This document shows positions 12,546 to 24,409 of a stretch of DNA of 64,000 nucleotides, piece after piece. Numbering within the stretch: the stretch's first letter is position 1; each line of letters begins with the position of its first letter. The DNA is from Squalus acanthias. Lineage: Eukaryota. A program made the position numbers and the translations under genes. Location: assembly GCA_030390025.1 (NCBI GenBank), contig CM059431.1:101868001-101932000 (forward strand), read 5' to 3'. The notes under the pieces were generated by a model. The model was not told the origin of the DNA and ran no database searches. It worked only from the letters and a program-made list of their open reading frames with translations.

Positions 12546-13968
12546 GGTCCTGAAATTGCGCGAAACCCAGAAGTTGCGATCTGTCGAGGTCGCCTTGACA
12601 GATCCACCGAGCCGAAAGTAAAATCGCTTTCGCCGGCGTGGAGCTGGGTTATTTGTCCAGCAACTGCCCACGAAACTCTTACAGCCGGTAAAAGCAGGTG
12701 CAGGGCCTGCTTTCATCAGCGTAAGGGTTAATATAAATTAAACATTTAAAAATTAAAAATAATACACAAATACTTTGGGCTGGATTTTACCAGCCCTTTG
12801 GAGGCGGGACTGCTGGGGAAAAACCCCCAAAAAACCCGCCTCCAACCAATCTTCCCAGGAGTCGGGTCCCCGATTGGCGCAGGGACCCGACTCCTAGCGG
12901 CGGGAAGAGGATTATAGCCACTTAACTGTCTGTTAACAGGTAGTTAAGAGGCTTTTTCCAATTTTTCGACTATTGCTGCGGGCTTCCCGACGTCGGGGAA
13001 CCCCGCCAGGGTAAGTGAGGCGTGCTGTGGGTCTGTTGTTATCTTGGTGTTTGGATGACAGCTTCATAAGTGGTGTGAAGGATGCAGTTGGACACTGGTT
13101 AGTATCAGAGGTAAGGATATGTTGTGAAAGTCATTTTTAATGTGGTTAGATCTTTCTGCAGGTGACAAGCTGTGAAGTGTTTGTGTAGCCTCATCTCATC
13201 GGGAGAAGTGACAGATGGCTTCTTCAATCTCAGATGCTGCTGCCACCTGTTTTATCCTAAGGCGAGAGTAATTGGAGAGCCTGAGTGCAAGGCTCACCTT
13301 TAGACAGTGATTGTCAGTGATTGACAGCTCCTCAATGCTGTCAAACACTGTGAAATCATCTGTCAAACAAGTGTGGTGCATATGCCTTTAAGAAAACTGG
13401 CAGATGAAGCAGGGCGGGCTTAACAAGGCCAATCAGGGCAAAATAGCGTCTGTTCGTCAGACGTCACTGGGGGTGGGACGAGAACCCGGAAGGCAGTAGT
13501 CCCGCCCCCAACGTGTCTCGGTGAGTAAAACCCAGCCCTTAAAATTAGTTTATGCAAATTTGGCCCGGATTAAGATGTTTAAAATTATTTTTCAAAAATT
13601 TAATTTTTTTATCGTGTTTGGTGTAATGAAGGGACTAATGAATAAAATTGAAATTCAGAACATTTATAATTATTAGAATTGTGTAAATTGTTTAACTGTT
13701 TGAGGATTCCATTGCATGTCGTTAGGGGATTCTGTTCGGGAAATGACTGCAATAGAATCTTCCCGTGCGATTGGGGGGACCGGGCCCACGTGATCGCAGG
13801 GACGCTCGCGAACCACCAGCGTCCCTGGGATCCGTGGGCCTCTACGCAGGCGTGCGCCTGGAGGGCCCGAGTCCGCAACGCTCCGCAGCCCAGAGGCAAG
13901 TTCGGAAAATGTTCTGCGGGTCGGAGGCGAACTCCAGAGGCACGCCTCCGACCCGCAATTTCTAGGCC
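12546..13968. mobile_element. Non-autonomous PIF/Harbinger-like element containing a nested element
   Basis: Imperfect TIRs GGTCCTGAAATTGCG / CGCAATTTCTAGGCC; 13780-13968 is reverse-complementary to 57288-57460. Confidence 0.7.
12777..13538. mobile_element. Nested non-autonomous TIR element
   Basis: TIRs GGGCTGGATTTTAC / GTAAAACCCAGCCC (13 of 14 match), inserted in the AT-rich centre of 12546-13968. Confidence 0.7.
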
Positions 13969-14744
13969 ATGTGGTTTAACAAATTATTTTTTTTGCTTGT
14001 TTGACTGAAACACTGTCCCGGGCTTCCAGATTTGAGCCTCTCGAGTCGTAGTTTCGGGTGAAAGAAGAAAGTCGTTTCCCGATACGCTCTGCGCATCTCT
14101 CTGATTGAGATCTGGCCAAAATTATGAATAATTGCTGTGGGAGAACTGGTCGTTTACTCCTAAAAATGTTAACTTTACTCAAGCACGAGTGATCTTCAAA
14201 CAAGCTAGCCAACCCAACTCTTATCAACCTGTCCCGGTTCATTGAGCGACCTTCCGATGTTTTTCCTGTACCGTGACATTGCCCTTCTTTTAGTCTCAGT
14301 TGCTTCAGTCCTTTATACCAAAGATTGCCGTGTTCCATTTTGCCAAATGATCATTTAGAAGTAAAAGCAGAAAATGCTGCCAATACCCAGCAGGTCGGGG
14401 CAGCTTCTGCGAAGAGAGTGAACTCATTTGGAAGTCTTTGTGGAGATTTAAAACTGACCCTGAAAAGAGAGAATACATGAATTCGAACGAGTTTAAAAGA
14501 GGAGTAATGGTAGGGAAAGTAACTTCTCTTTTTCCCGATCTGCCAAAATAGTTTTTCTCAAATGTTTATACTGTCTTGCTACCTGCGAGGACATGTCCTG
14601 CATTGTTAATGGGAAACCGGCCTGCTGGACACCTGCCATATTGACCTGCCCTGTCCGATAAAATACTCGTTCACTTGTGTGTGTGGCAGCTCCACCTGTG
14701 AGCGTCTCATTGGAGTAGATTTTCAGCTTGCCAGCCCGACGCTG

Positions 14745-15293
14745 TGTATCGGCACTCCTGGCCGGCCTCCCACCTACCACCCTCCCTAAACTTGAGGTCA
14801 TCCAAAACTCGGCTGCCCCGTGTCCTAACTCGCACCAAGTCCCGATCACGCATCACCCCTGTGCTCGCTGACCTACATTGGCTCCCAGTTAAGCAGCGCC
14901 TCGATTTCAAAATTCTCATCCTTGTTTTGAAATCCTCCGTGGCCTCGCCCCTCCCTATCTCTGTAATCTCCTCCAGCCCCACAATCGTCCGAGATCTCTG
15001 CGCTCCTCTAATTCTGGCCTCTTGCACATCCTCCATTTCCATCGCTCCGCCATTGGCGGCCGTACCTTCAGCCCCCTCGGCCCCGAGCTCTGGAATTCCC
15101 TCCCTAAACCGCTCCGCCTCTCTTTCCTCCTTTAAGACGCTCCTTAAAACCTACCTCTTTGACCAAGCTTTTGGTCACCTGTCCTGATACCTCCTTATGT
15201 AGCTCAGTGTCAAATTTTGTTTTATAACGCTCCTGTGAAGCGCCTTGTGACGTTTTACTACGTTAAAGGCGCTATATATATGTAGGTGGTTGT
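14745..15293 (+). mobile_element. L2-type LINE 3' fragment
   Basis: ITPVLADLHWLPVKQRLDFKIL motif and L2 tail. Confidence 0.9.
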
Positions 15294-15744
15294 TCTAGAA
15301 TCCGTCCGATTTCCATTCGAATCAATAGACCTAAAAACCGGGCATTTTCTCTATCGAGCAGCCTATCGGCAGTGGCAATTATGCTGCTGGGTGGTGAGTT
15401 GAAAGATGTCAGTGCTGGCCCTGAATGGCGACCTCTGCACTCCTTTGAAAGTAATGACTTGAGAGTTGAGTACAGAGTGGTACTGAACTGTTAACTGTGC
15501 TGGAGGGAAGGCTTTGGCAGACTAGAGAAAATGTCACTCTCGCTGCTCCACATTATGAGAGCCTCTGGCTCGAATCCAGGTCTTGTAGATTACCAGCAGC
15601 ATGTCCTGTAGCTCTAAAATCTGGAATTTCCCCTCTCAGCTGGGAGGTAGAAACAAATTTCCCAACAACATTGATGAGGACAGCACATTATTTTTGAAAC
15701 ATTTCTCCATCACCTCTTTTTGAGTCCTTTGTTAGATTTACATA

Positions 15745-16187
15745 GAATTCCACACAGCAGAAACAGGCCATTCGGCCCAACTGGTCCGTGCCGGTGTTTC
15801 TGCTCCACACGAGCCTCCTCCCACCCCTCTTCATCTCACCCTGTCAGCATATCCTTCTATTCCTTTCTCCCTCATATGTTTATCTAGCTTCCCCTTAAAT
15901 GCATCTATACTATTCACCTCAACCACTCCCTGTGGTAGTGAGTTCCACATTCTCACCACTCTCTGGGTAAAGAAGTTTCTCCTGAATTCCCTATTGGATT
16001 TATTAGTGACTGTCTTATATTGATGGCCCCTAGTTCTGGTCTCCCCCACAAGAACATCTCTCTACGTCTATCCTATCGAACCCCTTCATAATTTTAAAGA
16101 CCTCCATCAGGTCACCCCTCAGCCTTCTCCTTTCTAGAGAGAAGAGCCCCAGCCTGTTCAATCTTTCCTGATAGTTATAACCCCTCA
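15745..16187 (-). mobile_element. CR1-type LINE 3' fragment
   Basis: YQERLNRLGLFSLERRRLRGDL...WNSLPQG. Confidence 0.88.
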
Positions 16188-16789
16188 GTTGTAAATCTAT
16201 ATGTATATATATATATATATGTAGCAAATTGCCACATTCAACCATGCCATGCCCTCGCACCGCTGGTATGGACCCGGCACCTTCCCACAGCCAGAAAGGC
16301 CAAGTCACCTGAAACCGTTCACATACATTTTCTAATAACTAGCAATGACAGAAGCCAATGGCCTACCCACACTCTCCATCCGAGATAGGGATTGTATTTG
16401 GCATTTGAATATCTAGAGTGAAGGAAGAGAGAGACTTTAGACACAAAAAAAAGAAAATCTTCAATTTTTTTTACATATTGATGCCAATCGTCCCATCAAA
16501 GTGTAGTAAGTAACTCCTTTTGTGTGTGTATTTCCCAATTCTTTTAGTTTTGCACTTAGGTGTCTTTGGTAGACAAAATTTTGATATTCACTATATGGTC
16601 AAAAATTTACTTTTTAAAAAGTAATAATGTTTAGTTATGATTTTTTCTTGTAATGAACTTTAAGAGAAGAACATTTTGTATTGTACCATTTTGGGTATTG
16701 TACCTTTTAGGGAAGGAAATCTGCCGTCCTTACCCGGTCTGGCCTATATGTGACTTCAGACCCACAGCAATGTGGTTGACTCTTAACTG

Positions 16790-17630
16790 GGAAGACCGAA
16801 GCCATTTTTTTCGGTCCCCGCCACAAACTCTGTTCCCGAGCCACTGACTCCATCCCTCTCCCTAGCAACTGTCTGAGGCTGAACCACACTGTTCGCAACC
16901 TTGGTGTCATATTTGACCCTGAAATGAGCTTCTGACCACATATCCGCAGCATAACTAAGACCGCCTGTTTCAACCTCCGTAACATCGCCTGTCTCCGCCC
17001 TTGCCTCAGCTCATCCGCTGCTGAAACCCTCATCCATGCCTTTGTTACCTCTAGACTTGACTATTCCAATGCACTCCTGGCTGGCCTCCCACATTCCACC
17101 CTACGTAAACATGAGGTCATCCAAAACTTCGGCTGCCCGTGTCCTAACTCGCACCAAGTCCCGTTCGCCCATCACCCCTGTGCTCGCTGACCTACATTGG
17201 CTCCCGGTTGAGCAACGCCTCGATTTCAAAATTCTCATCCTTGTTTTCAAATCCCTCCATGGCCTCGCCCTTCCTATCTCTGTAATCTCCTCCAGCCCCA
17301 CAACCCCCTGAGATATCTGCACTCCTCTAATTCTGGCCTCTTGAGCATCCCTGATTATAATCGTTCAACCATTGGTGGCCGTGCCTTCTGTTGCCTAGGC
17401 CCTAAACTCTGGAATTCCCTGCCTAAACCTCTCCACCTCGCTACATCTCTTTCCTCCTTTAAGACGCTCCTTAAAACCTACCTCTTTGACCAAACTTTTG
17501 GTCACCTGCCCTAAGTTCTCCCTATATGGCTCGGTGTCAAATTGTTTTGTCTTATAATACTCCTGTGAAGCGCCTTGAGAAGTTCTACTACGTTAAAGGC
17601 GCTATATAAATACAAATTGTTGTTGTTGTT
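16790..17630 (+). mobile_element. L2-type LINE fragment inserted into a SINE
   Basis: VRNLGVIFD...LHWLPV..WNSLP, (TTG)n tail, duplicated CTTAACTG at 16782-16789 and 17634-17641; host SINE halves at 16706-16789 and 17634-17780. Confidence 0.9.
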
Positions 17631-18051
17631 GACCTTAACTGCCCTCTGAAACGGTCTAGCAAGCCACTCAGTTGTATTCAAGAAGGCAGCTCACCACCAC
17701 CTTCTCGAGGGCAATTAGGGATGGGCAATAAATGCTGGCCTTGCCAGCGACGCCCACATCCCATGAACAAATAAAAAAAAGTACCATTTTGAAATAATAG
17801 TGCTCTATGTATCTATCTAGCAATTTAAGGATGCCTAAAACATGCAGGTACATTGTATTAAGTAGATTCCTTTAGATGAGATGTATTAATTCTTAATTCT
17901 ACATTGTTAACATAACTGCAGCCAATCTTTCCAATTTCATTAGAGGTTTGTGGGGCAGACTTCATTTTTCTGAACCTTCGCTTAAGTTTTTGATGCTACC
18001 CATTGCCAAGTGTGATGTGATCATGGCTGTCCTAGTTGGACATTTCAATGC

Positions 18052-18540
18052 AAAAGCAAAACACAGCGGATGCTGGAAATCTGAAATAACAATGCTGGAA
18101 ACACTCAGCCGGCCAGGCAGCATCTGCAGAGAGAGAAGTGGAGTTAACGTTTCAGGTCGATGACCTTTCGTCAGAACTGGAAAAAGTTGGAGATGTAACA
18201 GGTTTTTAAGCAAGTGCAGGGGCTGGGAGAGAGGGGGGAGGGGAGGAAAGAACAAAAGGGAAGGTCTGTGACAGGGTGGAAGGCAGGAACGATTAAATGA
18301 CAAAAGGGATGATGGTGCGAGGCAAAAGGAGATGGTAATGGGACAAGTAAAGAAACAAAAGATGGGTCTAGAGGAGGTGTAAATGGGAATGGCAGCATCA
18401 TCAGCAGCTGCCGTCCGAATAAATGTGGGTAGAGGTTATGATCTGAAATTGTTGAACTCAATGTTGAGTCCGGAAGGCTGTAAAGTACCTAATCGAAAGA
18501 TGAGGTGCTGTTCCTTGAGCTTCGTTGGAACAGTGTAGGA
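18052..18540 (-). mobile_element. Penelope-like 3' fragment (same family as 28701-29170)
   Basis: Near-collinear with 28701-29170; encodes the end of the endonuclease (KLKEQHLIFRLGTLQPSGLNIEFNNFRS). Confidence 0.85.
18142..18178 (-). ncRNA. Minimal type I hammerhead ribozyme motif (second family)
   Basis: Minus strand agtt-CTGACGA-a-aggtc-atc-gacct-GAAA-cg-TT-aact; AACGTT palindrome. Confidence 0.78.
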
Positions 18541-18708
18541 AGCAATCGGTTATCTAGGAATTTAGGCGTTTGAAACCCAAATTGTAGAATTACCTGTATC
18601 TCAAGAATATAAAATTGCAGAGTGAGGCGGCATGTGCAAATGAAAACTAACCAGTGTATTTTCTCATTTTCTTTTTCTCTGAATGCTTCCCTCACGTAAT
18701 GTGAGCAG

Positions 18709-18716
18709 ATTGGATG
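18709..18716 (+). CDS. DOCK9: Candidate 8-nt alternative microexon of DOCK9 (ATTGGATG); inclusion gives ...EQIG-stop
   Basis: CAG|ATTGGATG|GTAATA with an upstream pyrimidine tract at about 18658-18680; its final TG plus the first A of the terminal exon forms TGA; parallels the mammalian DOCK9 isoform ending EQLG (from recall). Confidence 0.7.
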
Positions 18717-18938
18717 GTAATATTACTGTTGTAAAATCTGGAAAGTGCATGACGTCAGTGTGTGTGTGCAGCATACTGGAAGTTAACTTGAACCGCAATC
18801 TATAATTTTGAGTTGTGCTTTTAAGAAAAAGTTGTGCAAACGAAACAAATTGCCTGTGGCTTACTAAAGCATTTGTGAAAATACCCTCCTAGGCTGTGGT
18901 TGGTTTTTGCTTTTTTAATGGTGTGTTTTCTTGTTAAG

Positions 18939-19067
18939 ATTTCACCAGAGGACGACGGAATGAAGATCAATCTCCTGCCCAACTCATATCACATCTTCAA
19001 TGCAATCAGTGGAACTCCACCTGGGACAGCCGTTCATGGCATCCCTAACTCCTCCTCCGTGGTCTAA
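18939..19067 (+). CDS. DOCK9: DOCK9 terminal coding exon
   Basis: ttgttAAG|ATT acceptor; ISPEDDGMKINLLPNSYHIFNAISGTPPGTAVHGIPNSSSVV-TAA; the LPNS.HIFNAISGTP...SSSVV C-terminus is characteristic of DOCK9. Confidence 0.93.
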   Translation: MSPEDDGMKINLLPNSYHIFNAISGTPPGTAVHGIPNSSSVV

Positions 19068-20490
19068 AAGTTAACGGGTGGAAGGTTATCATCGGCATAC
19101 CAAATTTTATTCCTGCATGTATTCACTCAGGACACTTTCAAGACTCTCAAAATGGGATGCGGGAAGAGTTCAAACTAAGTCATGACACTCGAGATGTGAC
19201 GCTAGCTAGGTCATGGAGCCAAAGGAAATCACGTTTGCACATTTGAGCTCTGCTCCGGGGAATGCATTTTGAATTTTAAAGGTTCTCGGAGAAGCTTCGC
19301 TAGTCTGCATTTTACTGTACAGTTTTTAGAATTCAGTGGTGGAAATGGTTCCATTGCTTTGCTATAAAAACCTATCTTAAAGTATAGACTTTGTAAGTTT
19401 AATATATTGGAGGAAAAAAAACAGGGAAATAATGTTAGCGTCAATATTTTTGCTGTCTGTTTACACGTATCTATTACCTGTACATAATTGTTAAAAGATG
19501 ACAAAATGAGGTGGCATAAGGAAGGTATATTTCAGATAGGATATATGGTCAAGTACAACGGAGCAGCCAAGTTTGAAATTGTAGTTTTCATTTAATTAAA
19601 AAAACATTAAGGGTTGAGCATAATAGATTCTGTACTGGGTCCATGGGTACCCGTTTATATGATGCAGGACAGCACTGCACTGATGCATTCCCTCTGGATA
19701 AAATTCAAATGCAGTCGTCTTGCGTTTCATGTGAAAACACTTAATGCATGTAGCTTCGTCATTTGCCCCCCATCCTGGACATGGCCCTGGTAATGACGGT
19801 GGTGTTCGGTCACCCCCTGTGCACTAAGGATCCTGAATGTAAAAGGCATTTGTAATTATTCAAGTGTACAGTAGTTATCTGTGCTGGGGCAGTCTGGTCA
19901 CCAAGTGCGTGTAGCTTTCTGTACACACTCGAGTTTGTAGTACAGTATTTTCATGTAATGTAATGTTGAATAATTTAGAAGTTTCACCGGAGACCAGCTT
20001 TCTGTCAGTGAGGGAAAGCTGGACCGGGGCAGCTTGCCTTCTCCCTCCTGCAACACATACAGTATATTTTACAAATGTGCTTTGTTAATACTCTTGTACA
20101 TAATTGAGTGCAATATTCATCACTAAGCATTATCCCAGATGTATAGTCTTTGTTACATTTTGATTTATTAAATGTTACATAGCAAATCTCCTTTTTTGCC
20201 AAAGTGACAGGATATGATCAGCAATCATTTTTACTGTGTTTATTTTTTTTTTTGGCTTTAACTTAAATCCTTTTCCTGTCGGATTTGTTTTTGAAAACAG
20301 TAAATGAAATTTTATATTTGGGGAAAGTCGAGGTTTTTAATTTTATTTAAACTGGAACTGTTGTCCTGCTGTATGTAAATTTAAATTTGTTCTGTTGTAC
20401 AACTGTAATAATAAGTTCAGCTTCTCTGCAGTTTCATTTTGTATATGTGTGACCTCAGGCCCTGTCCAATAAAAGTAGGTTTCAAACTTT
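19068..20490 (+). other. DOCK9: DOCK9 3' UTR
   Basis: AT-rich stretch with no recognisable transposon, between the stop codon and AATAAA; the 3' end is approximate. Confidence 0.7.
20468..20473 (+). terminator. DOCK9: Polyadenylation signal of DOCK9
   Basis: AATAAA preceded by multiple TGTA motifs and followed by a GT/T-rich downstream element (about 20500-20530). Confidence 0.75.
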
Positions 20491-20764
20491 TCTAACTTCA
20501 GTGTTTACAGTTTGGGTGTTTTCAGTTTCATTTCTGCGTTCGTTCATTGTTTCATTAACATTGAAAATGCTTTTGGAGGAATTCTGGCCTCCTGATGGTG
20601 AGGTTAATGCTGGGAATGGGGTGTCCATGCTCCCGTGGACTGCATTAAGCATTTCTAGCATGGATCCAACAATAGGTGCTTAAAAAAAAAAATTGTAAAC
20701 GGTGAGCGACTGCGGAGGAACAGAGAGATTTGGACGTCCAGGTACACTAAAAGCTAGTGCACGT

Positions 20765-21245
20765 GAACAGAAAGATTGACAAGGATGATACCAGAACTGA
20801 GAGGTTATACGCATCAGGTAAGCTGGGGCTCTCTTCTCTCGAAAAGAGAAGGCTGAGGGGTGACCTGTTAAAGGTCTTGAAGAGTATGAAGGGATTTGAT
20901 AGGGTATACGTAGAGCAGATGTTTCCACTTGAGATGGAATCCAAAACTAGGGGCCGTAAATATAAGATAGTCACCAATTAGATCCAATAGGGTCTGCAAG
21001 GGAAACAACTTCACCCAGAGAGAGCGGTGAGAATGTGGAACTCGCTACCACAGGGAGTGGTTGAGGTGAATAGCATAGATGCATTTAGGGAAAAGCTAGA
21101 TAAACACATGAGGGAGAAAGGAATAGAAGGATATGCTGATGGAGTGAGATGAAGAGGGGTGGGAGGAGGCTCATGTGGAGCATAAACACCGATATAGACC
21201 AGTTGGGCCAAATGGCCTGTTTCTGTGCTGTACATTCTATGAACA
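20765..21245 (+). mobile_element. CR1-type LINE 3' fragment
   Basis: LGLSSLEKRRLRGDL..KGFDRV remnant and 3' UTR. Confidence 0.85.
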
Positions 21246-22050
21246 AATACAATGTAATCAAAAAAAGGCTAGTGGAATGTTGGCCTTTATCTCCAGGGGG
21301 TTGGAATTCAGTTGTGAGGAAGGGATGCTTCAGTTGTACGGCCAGTGAATGATGGTGAGGAGGCTGGGTATGCCATTGGATGCCATTTGCAGTTGGGAAG
21401 CCTGGAAGACCAGTTGATGTTGGGTTGTGCATAGAGACTGAGCAAGGTGGGTCATCAGGAGGGGATGGGCAGATCAGCCATGCTCTAATTGAATGGCATA
21501 GCAGGCTCGAGGGGCTGAATGGCCTCCTCCTGTTCGTAGATCTGGGTCAAGCAGAGCATCGAGGCTGAGCAGGTTGGGATTTCGCCACACTTGGGAGAGG
21601 AGAGAAAAAATAATTTCAAAGTGCTACAATCAACTTAAAAATAGGATAAAAATAAATAAAATCAATTTTAAAAAGGTGGGGGGAAATTGGATAAATACTT
21701 GAAGGGGAAAAATTTGCAGGACTGCGGGGAAAGAGCAGGGAGGGTGACACTAATTGGAAAGCTCTTTCAAAGAGCCGGCACAGACACGATGGGCCAAATG
21801 GTCTCCTGTGCTGTACGATTCTATGATGTGCAGCGTAACAATTTTTTTTTTAAGTGGCTGCCTTATGTGTTTTTCATCCGTACAGATACAAAGCTTTTAA
21901 TAATACGGATTTTGATGTGGTGTTCGTAGTACGATACAGTTTTCCTCAGTAACAAAGGAACTCCGTGGCTGAAGGTTATTTTTTTCCCCAAAGTATTACC
22001 TTTAACACCAGCCTTGTAACTGATAATGGTTTGATGTATTTGGACACCAT

Positions 22051-22943
22051 GGGGTAAAAATTCAGTTGGTTGCGCCTCCCGTTAGCGCCTTAAGAGGGCG
22101 CTAATGGGCCGCAAAGCCGCTAACGCCCGGGCGCAGCGATGTTTGTGCCGCTCGGGAACTTAACTAGAGATTGTGCGGCGGCGCTAAACTTTACCGCTGC
22201 GACCACCTGCGCGCGCAGATTGTGACGTCATTCCATGGTGCAACGCCCTTGTGGCGCCCCGGAGCGGAAATTGAGTGGCGCCCCCTGCCTTACCGCCTGG
22301 CGCATCCAACGACCAGAAGACTGGAACGCTATCAATCGCTGTGGGGCTGGGGGGGGCGCTATTTAAAGGGGGCCTCTTCCTGCCTTTTATTGTTGGTGGC
22401 ATTTTTGAACTACGCATTCTGAGAGAGAGAGGGAGAGACTTCTGGAGAGATTCAACGTTGTGTGAAGGAGTTTTGGGTACTGAGCAGCACTTTGCAGGTT
22501 CATTTTGATTTGCCATTCCTTGTATCGATTTAGCAGAGACTGTGGGAGCTGCACTCTGAGCTCTTTGCCTGGTACTCTCCATTGTTCTTTCCAGCACATT
22601 TGATGTGCAAGTCTCTCCAGGCCGAGATTCAAGGCTGCAATGAACAGGATGTGGATGGAAAGCAAGATTAACCATCCCCTTTAAGAACTGGCCCGTGCCA
22701 TTGTGTGTGTGTTCCATTGCTGACTGACATTACATGAGCTTCGCCAGCGCTCTGAGTTAGCGCCTCACTCCTTGGCCTTTGCGCCTTAAGACAGGTGTGC
22801 AGCGCCTGATTTAGCGCTCCACTCACCTCCCGGGGCGGTAAAAGTGAAGTTTCCAGTCAGTGGCGATAATTAGCGCCAGGCGCTAATATTTGCGTCCAGA
22901 CGATATTTGCGCCCCAAATGGGGCGCGACCTAATTTTTCCCCC
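22051..22943. mobile_element. Non-autonomous TIR element with (TA)GCGCC-rich ends
   Basis: GGGGTAAAAATT / AATTTTTCCCCC termini; a homologous partial copy lies at 49531-49880. Confidence 0.65.
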
Positions 22944-23187
22944 AATGTGTACAACCTTTTTTTTTATCAAACCCTGTCAAGCACAATGCACCGTTCTGGT
23001 CTCCATATTACAGAAAGGATATAGAAACACTGCAGAAGGTGCAAGAAAGATTGACAAGGATGATAACCAGAACTGAGAGGTTACAACCATCAGGAAAGGC
23101 TGAACAGGTTGGGGCTCTTTACTCTAGAAAAGAGAAAAATGAGAAGTCGCACAACACCAGGTTATAGTCCAACAGATTTATTTAATT

Positions 23188-23226
23188 TTACAAGCTTTCG
23201 GAGCGGTTCGCTCCTTCCTCAGGTAA
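23188..23226 (-). ncRNA. Minimal type I hammerhead ribozyme motif
   Basis: Exact reverse-complement copy of 24371-24409. Confidence 0.8.
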
Positions 23227-24370
23227 GTTAGCAGTGAGAGAATCTCCCAGAATTCACAATTTAAACACAGACAAAATCTATTCAAATCTTTCCCTACATC
23301 AAAGACACACTAAGAGCACAGCCCAGACAATGAGATGTGTCCCAGGGGGTCCAACGTGTCAAACCACCTGCTGGCTGCATATCCTGTCAATTTGTGTTGG
23401 TTCTTGTGTTAGTCTTTTTTTAAAAAAAACACCTGGGAAGACCGGCCATGATGTCAAGTCACGTTCTGTATCGTGACATGAACCCGATATCGCGATTGAG
23501 GCCATCCTCATGAGTGCGGAACTTGGCTATCAGTTTCTGCTCTATGATTTTGCGCTGTCGTGTATCCCGAAGGCCGCCTTGGAGAACGCTTACCCGCAGA
23601 TCCGAGGCTGAATGCCCCTGGCTGCTGAAGTGTTCCCCGACTGGGAGGCAACCCTCCTGCCTGACGAGCAGATTACCCATCTTTCAGGAGAACAGCAACC
23701 AAGACACCACACAACCCTGCCACGGCAACCTCTGCAAGACATGCCAAATCATGGACACAGATACCATCATCACACGTGAGGACACTACCCACCAGGTACA
23801 CGGTACATACTCATGTGACTCGGCCAACATTGTCTACCTGATACGTTGCAGTAAAGGATGCTCCAGAGCATGGTACATCGGCGAGACCATGCAGACACTG
23901 AGACAACGTATGAACGGACACCGCGCAACAATCGCCAGGCAGGAGGGTTGCCTCCCAGTCGGGGAACACTTCAGCAGCCAGGGGCATTCAGCCTCAGATC
24001 TGCGGGTAAGCGTTCTCCAAGGCGGCCTTCGGGATACATGACAGCGCAAAATCATAGAGCAGAAACTGATAGCCAAGTTCCGCACTCATGAGGATGGCCT
24101 CAATCGCGATATCGGGTTCATGTCACGATACAGAACGTGACTTGACATCATGGCCGGTCTTCCCAGGTGTTTTTTTTTAAAAGACTAACACAAGAACCAA
24201 CACAAATTGACAGGATATGCAGCCAGCAGGTGGTTTGACACGTTGGACCCCCTGGGACACATCTCATTGTCTGGGCTGTGCTCTTAGTGTGTCTTTGATG
24301 TAGGGAAAGATTTGAATAGATTTTGTCTGTGTTTAAATTATGAATTCGGGGAGATTCTCTCACTGCTAAC

Positions 24371-24409
24371 TTACCTGAGGAAGGAGCGAACCGCTCCGAA
24401 AGCTTGTAA
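24371..24409 (+). ncRNA. Minimal type I hammerhead ribozyme motif
   Basis: ttac-CTGAGGA-a-ggagcg-aac-cgctcc-GAAA-gc-TT-gtaa; palindromic loopless stem III; followed by AATAAA at 24415. Confidence 0.8.

Noticed and set aside
14360..14425. Possible ninth hammerhead
   Set aside because: Only the decayed tail of the family B Penelope end is present; the CUGANGA/GAAA core is missing.
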